From a candidate division WOR-3 bacterium (GTDB lineage Bacteria; Hydrothermota; Tepidihabitantia; SM23-42; CAYGYG01): DNA of 22,884 nucleotides. Positions 15,529-22,884 of this stretch are shown here, piece after piece (positions within the stretch are counted from its first letter, which is position 1; every line of letters begins with the position of its first letter). The position numbers and the translations under genes are program-made. The stretch spans positions 1 through 22,884 of the forward strand of contig CBFGIV010000036.1 of the NCBI GenBank assembly GCA_965648915.1, read 5' to 3'. The notes beneath the pieces are model-generated. The model saw only the letters and a program-made list of their open reading frames with translations. It searched no databases and was not told where the DNA came from.

Positions 15529-16242
15529 ATGAAGAGCTTAAATTTACTTTCTTTTGCTCTATTTATTATTGCCTGTAGCCGGGTCAAGCCCAAAATCGAT
15601 GACTATGAAACATTGCGTCAGATTATGGTTAGAGACCAGATCGAGGCCCGTGGTATTAAGGATGAAAAGGTCCTGAATGCAATGCGAAAGGTTCCCCGCC
15701 ACCTCTTTATACCTGAGGAATTCCGTCAATTTGCTTATGGTGACTATCCGGTTTCAATCGGAGAGGGACAGACCATATCACAACCCTATATCGTTGCTTT
15801 AATGACCGAGGCATTAAGACTCTCAGGAAATGAAAAGGTGCTGGAAATCGGAACCGGTTCTGGTTATCAGGCCGCAGTCCTGGCAACTATCGTACCCGAG
15901 GTCTTTACAATCGAAATCATACCCAGCCTTGCCCAGCGCGCGGAAGCGATTTTAAAAAAACTGAACTATGACAATGTCTATGTTCGAATCGGTGACGGCT
16001 ATCTGGGGTGGAGCGAGCATTCACCCTATGATGGCATCATCATTACCTGTGCTCCCGAAAAGGTCCCGGACAGTCTCCTGCACCAGTTAGCAGAAGGTGG
16101 CAGACTCGTTGTTCCGCTTGGTCCTGAAGGTGGAGTTCAGATTCTTACCCTTTTTGAAAAAACTGGAGGAAAAATAAAAAAGACCGAAATTGCACCGGTC
16201 CGATTCGTTCCGATGAAGGGGCTGATTGAGAAAGAGCAGTAG
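15529..16242 (+). CDS. pcm: Protein-L-isoaspartate(D-aspartate) O-methyltransferase with lipoprotein-like N-terminus
   Basis: VPRHLF, GQTISQPYIVA, VLEIGTGSGYQAA, GDGYLGW, PYDGI, QLAEGGRLVVP, VRFVPM. Confidence 0.95.
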   Translation: MKSLNLLSFALFIIACSRVKPKIDDYETLRQIMVRDQIEARGIKDEKVLNAMRKVPRHLFIPEEFRQFAYGDYPVSIGEGQTISQPYIVALMTEALRLSGNEKVLEIGTGSGYQAAVLATIVPEVFTIEIIPSLAQRAEAILKKLNYDNVYVRIGDGYLGWSEHSPYDGIIITCAPEKVPDSLLHQLAEGGRLVVPLGPEGGVQILTLFEKTGGKIKKTEIAPVRFVPMKGLIEKEQ

Positions 16243-17454
16243 ATGCCTACTGTCGTCTTGAAATTTGGTGGCACATCGGTTGCCAGCACCCACCTGATTA
16301 AAAGCGCAGCCCGAAAGATTGCTGGGGTCTATAAGAAGGGTAATCGGGTTATCGTTGTTGTTTCAGCAATGGGGCAGACAACCGACCGACTTATGAAACT
16401 TGCCCGGGATATATCATCCAATCCCAACAAAAGGGAACTCGATATGCTCCTCACCAGCGGCGAAAGAATTTCGATGGCTCTCCTCTCCATCGCTCTGAAT
16501 GAATTGGGTATCCCGGCAGTATCTTTTACCGGTTCTCAGGTCGGGATCATAACCGATGAAAAGCACAGTGAGGCACGGATACTCGAAATTAAAGGTGGTC
16601 GTATTCAGGAAGCCCTGAGAGAAAATAAAGTCCCAATTATTGCAGGGTTTCAGGGTGTATCGACGAGTAAAGAGATAACAACCCTGGGTCGGGGCGGCTC
16701 GGATACGACTGCAGTTGCCTGCGCAGTTGCATTCGGTGCAAAAACCTGCCTGATATATACAGATGTTGACGGCGTCTTCACCGAAGACCCCAGAATATTC
16801 CCCTCTGCCCTTCTCCTCGATCAGATTACCTATGACGAGATGCTGGAACTCGCTACCCGCGGTGCCCAGGTCCTCCACCCAAGAGCAGTTGCAATCGCCT
16901 CTCGCTATGGAATAAATCTGATTATAAAGAATACTTTTAGTAAAAATAGGGGGACGGTAGTTATCAAAGGAGAAAGGATGGAAAAACCTTTTGTTCGTGC
17001 CCTAACCCATGAAATGAGACTATTTATGGCCATTCTCGAATCTGTTCCTAAAAACCCGAGGGTTCTATCCCAGATAATCACCGACCTGTCGCATGCTGGT
17101 ATTCGACTCCGCTTCTTCTTTCACGGCATCTCCGAGGCCTCAAGATTCGACCTCTCTTTTATCGTCCCGGCCGAAGATCGCCAGAAGGCAATGAAAGTCC
17201 TGAAGAAAACAGCCCGGGCGCTTAACGCCCGAAGACTCCGTGAAAAGAGGAATATCTCGGCCCTTACCTTGGTTGGGCCTGAGATAGGTTCATCGGTCGA
17301 TATTCTCACCAGACTCTTTGACCATTTAGGTCAGGCAAAAATTCATATCGAGGCAGTAACGACCTCGGCGATAAGTATTACCTGTTTTCTCGACCGAAGA
17401 GATCTGAAAAAAGCAGTTAGAAGATTACTGACGGCATTCAATCTGAAAAAATGA
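16243..17454 (+). CDS. lysC: Aspartate kinase (alpha subunit)
   Basis: VLKFGGTSV, VVVSAMGQTTD, TTLGRGGSDTTA, TDVDGVFTEDPR, GAQVLHPRA and C-terminal ACT-like domains. Start abuts the pcm stop (TAG-ATG). Confidence 0.93.
   Translation: MPTVVLKFGGTSVASTHLIKSAARKIAGVYKKGNRVIVVVSAMGQTTDRLMKLARDISSNPNKRELDMLLTSGERISMALLSIALNELGIPAVSFTGSQVGIITDEKHSEARILEIKGGRIQEALRENKVPIIAGFQGVSTSKEITTLGRGGSDTTAVACAVAFGAKTCLIYTDVDGVFTEDPRIFPSALLLDQITYDEMLELATRGAQVLHPRAVAIASRYGINLIIKNTFSKNRGTVVIKGERMEKPFVRALTHEMRLFMAILESVPKNPRVLSQIITDLSHAGIRLRFFFHGISEASRFDLSFIVPAEDRQKAMKVLKKTARALNARRLREKRNISALTLVGPEIGSSVDILTRLFDHLGQAKIHIEAVTTSAISITCFLDRRDLKKAVRRLLTAFNLKK
16978..17454 (+). CDS. Probable aspartate kinase beta subunit from an in-frame internal start
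   Basis: AAAGGAG 5 nt before the ATG of Met246 (MEKPFVR...), at the kinase/ACT boundary as in alpha2beta2 aspartokinases. Confidence 0.6.
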   Translation: MEKPFVRALTHEMRLFMAILESVPKNPRVLSQIITDLSHAGIRLRFFFHGISEASRFDLSFIVPAEDRQKAMKVLKKTARALNARRLREKRNISALTLVGPEIGSSVDILTRLFDHLGQAKIHIEAVTTSAISITCFLDRRDLKKAVRRLLTAFNLKK

Positions 17455-17539
17455 AAAAATTTATCCTGAAAATTTTTAAAGAACTGTACCCGGCGAATTT
17501 CTCAAAATAAGTGCCGGATTAAAAAAATAAGGAGGTCAT

Positions 17540-18637
17540 ATGAAGATGATTCTTATAATCGCCTTAATCTTCTCTTTTATCGGTTGTCAAAGAGAGAATG
17601 TGATTAAGATCGGTGCGGCCGGCCCAATGACCGGGGATCAAGCAAAGATGGGTCAGGATATTGCCAATGGTGTAACCCTCGCCGTCGATGAATGGAATAG
17701 TCGGGGCGGTCTGCTCGGTAAAAAGATTGTTGTCGTTGTAGGTGATGATCGTCGTGACCCCCGGGAAGCAGTAAGTGTCGCCAACAAAATGGTAAATGAA
17801 CGGGTTGTGGGTGTGGTCGGACACTTTAACTCTTCCTGTTCGATCCCGGCATCAAAGATCTATAATGAATACCGTTTAATCCAGATAACGCCCGCATCGA
17901 CCAATCCGCAACTGACCGAACAGAATTTCGAAAATGTCTTCCGGGTCTGTGGCCGTGATGACCAGCAGGGTATCGTTGGTGCAAAATTCGTCCTCGAAAA
18001 ACTCGGGAAGAAAAGAATCGCTGTCCTCCACGACAAAACCACCTATGGCCAGGGACTGGCTGATGAATTTAAGAAAAATGTGGAGATGGATAAATCAGCG
18101 GTGGTTGTTGCCTATGAGGGAATTATTCAGGGTGACAACGATTTTACTGCGGTCCTGACCAAAGTAAAACAACAGAATCCTGATGTCCTGTATTACGGCG
18201 GCATCTATCCTGAGGCCGGCCTCCTGGTAAAACAGATGCGGCAGCTGGGGATGAAGACCATCTTTGTTTCCGGTGACGGAGTTATTGATAAACAATTTAT
18301 CAAGATCGGTGGTGAAGCAACCGAGGGCTCGTATCTCTCCTTCAGCCCGCCGTTTGAGAATAAACCGAGTGCCCGACATTTTATCGAAACCTATAAAAGT
18401 AGATATGGCGACCCCGGCCCATATTCAATCTATGCCTATGATGCAGCCAATATTCTGCTTAAGGCAATCGAGAAGGCTCAATCTACTGACTACAAAAAAC
18501 TGGTTGCCACAATCCACCAGGAAAAGTTTGAAGGTGCCATCGGAGAGATTCAATTTGATAAAAAGGGAGATGTCCTGGTTGCACCCTATATCTTCTGGAT
18601 TGTTAAAGATGGCGACTTTGTTCCCTTTGAACAATAG
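17540..18637 (+). CDS. Branched-chain amino acid ABC transporter substrate-binding lipoprotein (LivK/LivJ family)
   Basis: Lipobox SFIGC, IKIGAAGPMTG, VVGHFNSSCSIPAS, ITPASTNP, FRVCGRDDQQG, HDKTTYGQGLA, YAYDA. AGGAGGT RBS. Confidence 0.92.
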   Translation: MKMILIIALIFSFIGCQRENVIKIGAAGPMTGDQAKMGQDIANGVTLAVDEWNSRGGLLGKKIVVVVGDDRRDPREAVSVANKMVNERVVGVVGHFNSSCSIPASKIYNEYRLIQITPASTNPQLTEQNFENVFRVCGRDDQQGIVGAKFVLEKLGKKRIAVLHDKTTYGQGLADEFKKNVEMDKSAVVVAYEGIIQGDNDFTAVLTKVKQQNPDVLYYGGIYPEAGLLVKQMRQLGMKTIFVSGDGVIDKQFIKIGGEATEGSYLSFSPPFENKPSARHFIETYKSRYGDPGPYSIYAYDAANILLKAIEKAQSTDYKKLVATIHQEKFEGAIGEIQFDKKGDVLVAPYIFWIVKDGDFVPFEQ

Positions 18638-18652
18638 GTCACAAAAATTCGA

Positions 18653-18680
18653 TTGACCGATTGAGTTTTCTGTGTATAAT
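18653..18680 (+). promoter_or_regulatory. Sigma70 promoter TTGACC-N16-TATAAT
   Basis: Near-consensus elements upstream of the TAAGGAGGT RBS of the OmpA-family gene. Confidence 0.65.
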
Positions 18681-18729
18681 TGGTTCTAAGATAAGTCCTG
18701 TGAAGTTTCAGTCTCATTAAGGAGGTCTA

Positions 18730-20811
18730 ATGAAAACAAGGTATTTAATCCTTTCATCTCTGCTTATGATCTTTCTGGCATCTGCATATCAAATTTCGAT
18801 TATGGGAAATCGTGGACTCTTCTATGTAAAGAATGCCCAGTGCCATAATATGGGAATGTTTTCGGTCCATATCCATCCTGAATACTATTATGTCGATGCC
18901 GATAAAGATACTGTTGTCGGTGGTAGCACAATAACCCTGAATGATAATCGCCATTATCCCCGCGGTCATCTCGGCATCTCTTATGCAATCATCGACTACC
19001 TTGAACTGAGGGGAAGGGCAGATCTCTTCGGTAAATGGTATGAGGCGAACAACGAACCCTTTGAACGGGGTGACCCATCGGCTCCGGTCTGGTTTGAACA
19101 GACCGAGATCGGACTCAAAGCGGGTGTGCCGATTATCATCAATGAGAAGACACCAACAATCATCTCCTTCGGCGCAGAAGGCTTTGTTAACTTTGCCGCC
19201 CATCTACCCCGGGAATTTGGAAACCCTTATGACAAGGATAAAAAGATCTACTCCTATTACCAGGCCAAAGATGGAACACGTTTCCATCCCTATCGACCGC
19301 ACGAACCAGATTTTGCAGGAATGGGTTTGATGTCTTATCGGATCGGACCATTTGGTGCCCACATCAATCTTGGCCATCAGGCAACGGGCAAAGACGAACT
19401 ACCCAAACCCAATTATCTGATACCCGGTGACGAAATCAATCGACCTCAATACTTCCTGTTTGGCGGTGGGATTGAAATTATTCCCACCCCTTATGTCAAT
19501 CTGATTTTTGAAACCCACGGTAAGTCTCGGGAAGACAACTGGGAGGACTCAATCTTGATTACACCGGGTGTAAGGTTCAATAGCGGCCTTACGAGTATCG
19601 ACCTCGGCTGCCACTTTGATCTCAACAATCAGGGTGTCTGGAACGCCTTTATCGGCATCTCAGCAAGTGCTGATTTAATCCAGCCACCGCACATCCCCAA
19701 GGCAAAGATTGCCGGTCGGGTTGTCGATGCTGAGTCGGGCGAAGCCATTACTGCTGACATCTCCTTCCCGGGATCGACGGTCAATACAGTCAGGAGCGGT
19801 GCCAATGGAACCTATTCAGTTGTCGTTCCACCCGGTAATTATCGTCTCCATGCCGAGGCGTCAGGCTATAAATGGAAAGAAAGAACCTTAATCCTCAAAG
19901 ATGGTGATGAGGTCGTGGTCGATTTTGAATTGAAGAAGAAACTTCCCACCCAGATTACCGGCAAGGTCTTCGATAGCAGCACCAGGACACCGGTTGCGCT
20001 TGCCGATATCACCTTCCCCGGTTCGACCGTTGAAGCGGTCCGGACCAATCCCGATGGTCTCTACAGTGCCGATGTAACCCCGGGTAATTACCGAATCCAT
20101 GTTGAGCACCGCGACTATCGTCCGGATGAGAAGGTCATCGCCATCAAAGAGGGTGAAAAACAGGTAATCGACTTCGAACTGGTCAAGATTGGAGTCCCTC
20201 AGGCAACCCTGACCGGAAAGATTGCTGATGCGGATTCACTGACGCCGGTTATGGCAACCCTCTCCTTTGTCGGGACTTCAATCAAACCGGTTACACCCGA
20301 GCCCTCGACCGGTATTTATAAGACAACCGTTCCGCCAGGCACCTACTCATTAAAAGTCGATGCCGAAGGTTATCTGCCACAGAGCACACCGATTGTCCTT
20401 GCTGACGGCGAAACCAAGATTCTCAACTTCTCGCTCAAAAAGATTGCCAAACCAAAGGTTGGCGAACGGATTGTGCTCAAAGGTATCTACTTTGACTTCA
20501 ACAGTGCAGTGATAAAACCGAGTTCCTATCCAGTCCTTGACGATGCGGCAAAAGTACTTCTCGCATATCCCAAGATGAGGGTCGAAATCGGCGGTCATAC
20601 CGATAGTGTCGGAAGTGATTCCTATAATATGCGACTATCCCAGATGCGGGCTGAATCGGTGAGAAATTACCTCATTACCCATCACGGGATCGATCCATCG
20701 AGACTGATTGCGGTCGGCTATGGTGAGACGATGCCGGTTGCTGACAATCGAACCCGGGCAGGTCGCGACCTCAACCGGAGAATCGAATATAAAGTCCTGA
20801 GCATCGAATAA
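18730..20811 (+). CDS. OmpA-family protein: N-terminal beta-barrel-like region, three carboxypeptidase-regulatory-like repeats, peptidoglycan-binding OmpA domain
   Basis: Signal peptide, three G.V.D..T..P..A.I.F.G...PG.Y.L...A.GY repeats, IYFDFNSA, IGGHTDSVG, NMRLSQMRAESV, GYGETMP, NRRIE. Confidence 0.92.
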   Translation: MKTRYLILSSLLMIFLASAYQISIMGNRGLFYVKNAQCHNMGMFSVHIHPEYYYVDADKDTVVGGSTITLNDNRHYPRGHLGISYAIIDYLELRGRADLFGKWYEANNEPFERGDPSAPVWFEQTEIGLKAGVPIIINEKTPTIISFGAEGFVNFAAHLPREFGNPYDKDKKIYSYYQAKDGTRFHPYRPHEPDFAGMGLMSYRIGPFGAHINLGHQATGKDELPKPNYLIPGDEINRPQYFLFGGGIEIIPTPYVNLIFETHGKSREDNWEDSILITPGVRFNSGLTSIDLGCHFDLNNQGVWNAFIGISASADLIQPPHIPKAKIAGRVVDAESGEAITADISFPGSTVNTVRSGANGTYSVVVPPGNYRLHAEASGYKWKERTLILKDGDEVVVDFELKKKLPTQITGKVFDSSTRTPVALADITFPGSTVEAVRTNPDGLYSADVTPGNYRIHVEHRDYRPDEKVIAIKEGEKQVIDFELVKIGVPQATLTGKIADADSLTPVMATLSFVGTSIKPVTPEPSTGIYKTTVPPGTYSLKVDAEGYLPQSTPIVLADGETKILNFSLKKIAKPKVGERIVLKGIYFDFNSAVIKPSSYPVLDDAAKVLLAYPKMRVEIGGHTDSVGSDSYNMRLSQMRAESVRNYLITHHGIDPSRLIAVGYGETMPVADNRTRAGRDLNRRIEYKVLSIE

Positions 20812-20822
20812 TTCTGAATAGT

Positions 20823-20852
20823 AAAAAGCCCCCCTTAAAGGGGGGGCTTTTT
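20823..20852. terminator. Bidirectional intrinsic terminator
   Basis: AAAAAGCCCCCC-TTAAAG-GGGGGGCTTTTT between the convergent OmpA-family and citrate synthase genes. Confidence 0.9.
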
Positions 20853-20867
20853 ATTTTATGCCTGAGG

Positions 20868-22148
20868 CTAATTTGTGACAAACTTCTTAATCCACTCGGT
20901 CGTTACCGACTTGGGACGGACAATGGGTAGACCGAGTGCCCGGCTGATCACCGCCTGTGAACAGACACCTAAGGCACGGGATACTCCAAAAAGAACCGTA
21001 TAGTATTCGAACTCTTTCAAACCAAAGTGATACAAGAGAGAACCGGAAGCGGCATCGACATTGGGCCAGGGATCCTTTGCCTTACCCTGCTCTTTCAAAA
21101 CCCCGGGCACAACCTCGAAGACGAGTGCAACCATCTGGAATACCGGATCATCCGGACAGACGCGCCGGCCAAAATCGATAAATGCCTCGAAACGGGGATC
21201 GGTGATGCGTAACACAGCGTGACCATAACCAGGTATGACCTTTCCTGAGTTGAGTGTGTCCCAGGCAAACTTACGAAGGTCATCAGCCGACGGGACCTTA
21301 CCACCAAACTTCTTGAGGGATTCAAGGATCCAGGCAAGACATTCCTGGTTTGCCAGACCGTGGAGCGGGCCGGCCAGGCCGTTCAGACCGGCCGAAAGGG
21401 CATAGTAGATGTCGGAAAGGGCTGAATTGACTGTATGGGTGGTGAAGGCACTGACATTTCCACTCTCGTGGTCACTGTGCAGAACCATATAAAGCCTCAT
21501 AAGATTAGCAAATTCTCCGGTCGGGTCTTTTATACCGAGCATATAGGCATAATTACCGGCCCAATCGAGTTTGGGATTGGGCTTAATCCTTGGACCCTTC
21601 TTATAACGGCGTCGATATACCGCTGCCGCCAGTGCGGGTAGTTTGGCAATGATCGAAAGGCTATCTTCAAGGGTCGATTCCCAGTACTGCTCTTTCCTTA
21701 AACCCCTGGTGTAATTCTTACGGAACTGTGACTCCCGTTCGAGGACAAGAATCAGAGTATTAAACATCGCCATCGGATGAGAATTGAGGGGCATTGCATT
21801 TAAGACCTTCCAGACATAGTCCGGCACCCGCTGCCTCTTCTTCAGGTCCTGTTGTAAAGACTTAAGTTCCTCACCATTGGGCAATTCGCCGGTAAGGAGC
21901 AACCAGAGAACTTCTTCAGGCAATTTATCAACCAGTTTCTTGACCGGATAGTTCCGGATGACCAGACCGGTATCGGGTTCAACCAGCGATGTATCACAGA
22001 CCAGACTCTTGACACCGCGCATCCCGCCATAGGCCTGTTCGACTGTTACCTGGGAAATTACCTTACTGCCGTGTTCTTTAACTAAACTTCGAATCTCCTC
22101 ACGCAATTGAGGGATCTTTGATGCCAGTTTCTCTTTAATGCCTGCCAT
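20868..22148 (-). CDS. gltA: Citrate (Si)-synthase, eukaryote/Geobacter type
   Basis: YGGMRG, WLLLTGELP, HSDHESGNVSA, GLAGPLHGLANQE, PGYGHAVLR, PWPNVDAASG, YTVLFGVSR, RPKS. AAGGAG RBS. Confidence 0.95.
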   Translation of the reverse strand: MAGIKEKLASKIPQLREEIRSLVKEHGSKVISQVTVEQAYGGMRGVKSLVCDTSLVEPDTGLVIRNYPVKKLVDKLPEEVLWLLLTGELPNGEELKSLQQDLKKRQRVPDYVWKVLNAMPLNSHPMAMFNTLILVLERESQFRKNYTRGLRKEQYWESTLEDSLSIIAKLPALAAAVYRRRYKKGPRIKPNPKLDWAGNYAYMLGIKDPTGEFANLMRLYMVLHSDHESGNVSAFTTHTVNSALSDIYYALSAGLNGLAGPLHGLANQECLAWILESLKKFGGKVPSADDLRKFAWDTLNSGKVIPGYGHAVLRITDPRFEAFIDFGRRVCPDDPVFQMVALVFEVVPGVLKEQGKAKDPWPNVDAASGSLLYHFGLKEFEYYTVLFGVSRALGVCSQAVISRALGLPIVRPKSVTTEWIKKFVTN

Positions 22149-22283
22149 ATTTCAACTCCTTTTATAAAACAGAAGCAAAATATAGAAACGGATTATGTTT
22201 ATAAGAATCGATCAGTAATTGTCTTAACCTCGGGTTTTATATTTTTAAAACGCCGAGTTAATAGAACCCTGAATGGATGATCT

Positions 22284-22311
22284 ATTATATCTAAAAAACT
22301 ATTATTGTAAA
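22284..22311 (-). promoter_or_regulatory. Putative sigma70 promoter TTTACA-N16-TATAAT for gltA
   Basis: Near-consensus elements about 135 nt upstream of the start, in an AT-rich background. Confidence 0.5.
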
Positions 22312-22331
22312 GTAATTTTTCACTCACCTGC

Positions 22332-22667
22332 CTATTCAACCGCCATCTGCTCCTCATCCAGTCCAAAATAGTGACCGATCTCGTGTTTGACCACCTCAAC
22401 CACAAGACTCCTGATCTCCTCAGGGTTATTGGTTAATCTTTCAATACTCCCTTTATAGATAACAATACGGTCCGGCAAGATATTTCCATACCAGGTCGAC
22501 CTTGAAGTCAAAGGGACACCCTGGTACTGTCCTAAGATTAATCGACCGGCCTGATTCATCACCCTTTCATCAATCTCAACTGCGACATTCTCAATCTTTT
22601 CCTGGAAACGGCGTGGCAGCTGTTTGAATGCTTCCAGCACCAATCTTCTGAATTCTTCAATCTCCAC
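22332..22667 (-). CDS. Zincin-like metallopeptidase family protein (Zincin_1)
   Basis: LP..F...IENV, LGQYQGVPL, LPDRIVIY, HEIGHYFGLDE. GTG start. Confidence 0.9.
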   Translation of the reverse strand: MEIEEFRRLVLEAFKQLPRRFQEKIENVAVEIDERVMNQAGRLILGQYQGVPLTSRSTWYGNILPDRIVIYKGSIERLTNNPEEIRSLVVEVVKHEIGHYFGLDEEQMAVE

Positions 22668-22674
22668 GAATTAT

Positions 22675-22702
22675 ACTATAAGAAATTTTCCTCTGCTGTC
22701 AA
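22675..22702 (-). promoter_or_regulatory. Sigma70 promoter TTGACA-N16-TATAGT, probably leaderless
   Basis: The -10 ends 7 nt before GTG 22667 and there is no SD between them. Confidence 0.6.
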
Positions 22703-22736
22703 TCAAAATTTGGGGGCAGGTGATAACTTTTAATTT

Positions 22737-22883
22737 TTAATTAGCCTGAATGTGATAACTATCTCCATTCGCAAATTTGTATGGGGCCAACACATATTGA
22801 CCACCCTTCCAGTATGAGCTGGAAGAAATCGAGTCTAAATCTACCGGCGGAAAGAGAGCAAAAGATTTATGCAACTGAGGATA
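22737..22883 (-). CDS. 3' end of a gene entering from the right edge, product unknown
   Basis: Open frame YPQLHKSFALFPPVDLDSISSSSYWKGGQYVLAPYKFANGDSYHIQAN* ending just upstream of the zincin promoter. Confidence 0.4.
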   Translation of the reverse strand, partial: YPQLHKSFALFPPVDLDSISSSSYWKGGQYVLAPYKFANGDSYHIQAN

Positions 22884-22884
22884 A

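Noticed and set aside
594..22405. Other short antisense or alternate-frame ORFs in the track (e.g. 594..1025, 10377..10805, 16414..16878, 18264..18656, 18754..19203, 22199..22405)
   Set aside because: Shadow ORFs overlapping well-supported genes, with no motifs.
1..22884. tRNA, rRNA, transposase, integrase or prophage genes
   Set aside because: None recognised by eye; a covariance-model search was not possible.

Overview
Bacterial chromosomal window. The gene content (secreted proteins with T9SS-type C-terminal domains, a sigma54 system, a eukaryote-type citrate synthase) suggests an FCB-related candidate phylum such as WOR-3; this is inference only. Positions 1-15424 form an all-minus-strand accessory block. 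It starts with a 1695-aa Ser/Thr kinase-STAND ATPase-TPR-GAF-sigma54 activator whose HTH has a RegA/PrrA-type recognition helix (HRRTLQR). Directly downstream are three evenly spaced RegA-box-like palindromes and a near-consensus sigma54 promoter, which drives a 61-aa secreted Pro-tailed peptide and a coupled 58-aa basic ORF missing from the ORF track. A membrane GAF/HD-GYP phosphodiesterase, a repeat-rich leader with a (GA)n tract and four secreted beta-propeller proteins follow; three of these carry 7/8-bp microrepeats in their sorting-domain DNA. This looks like a candidate peptide-signalling circuit and is the main finding. Positions 15529-22884 are mostly housekeeping: lipoprotein-type pcm, aspartokinase with an internal beta-subunit start, an orphan LivK-like lipoprotein, an OmpA-family protein, citrate synthase and a zincin.
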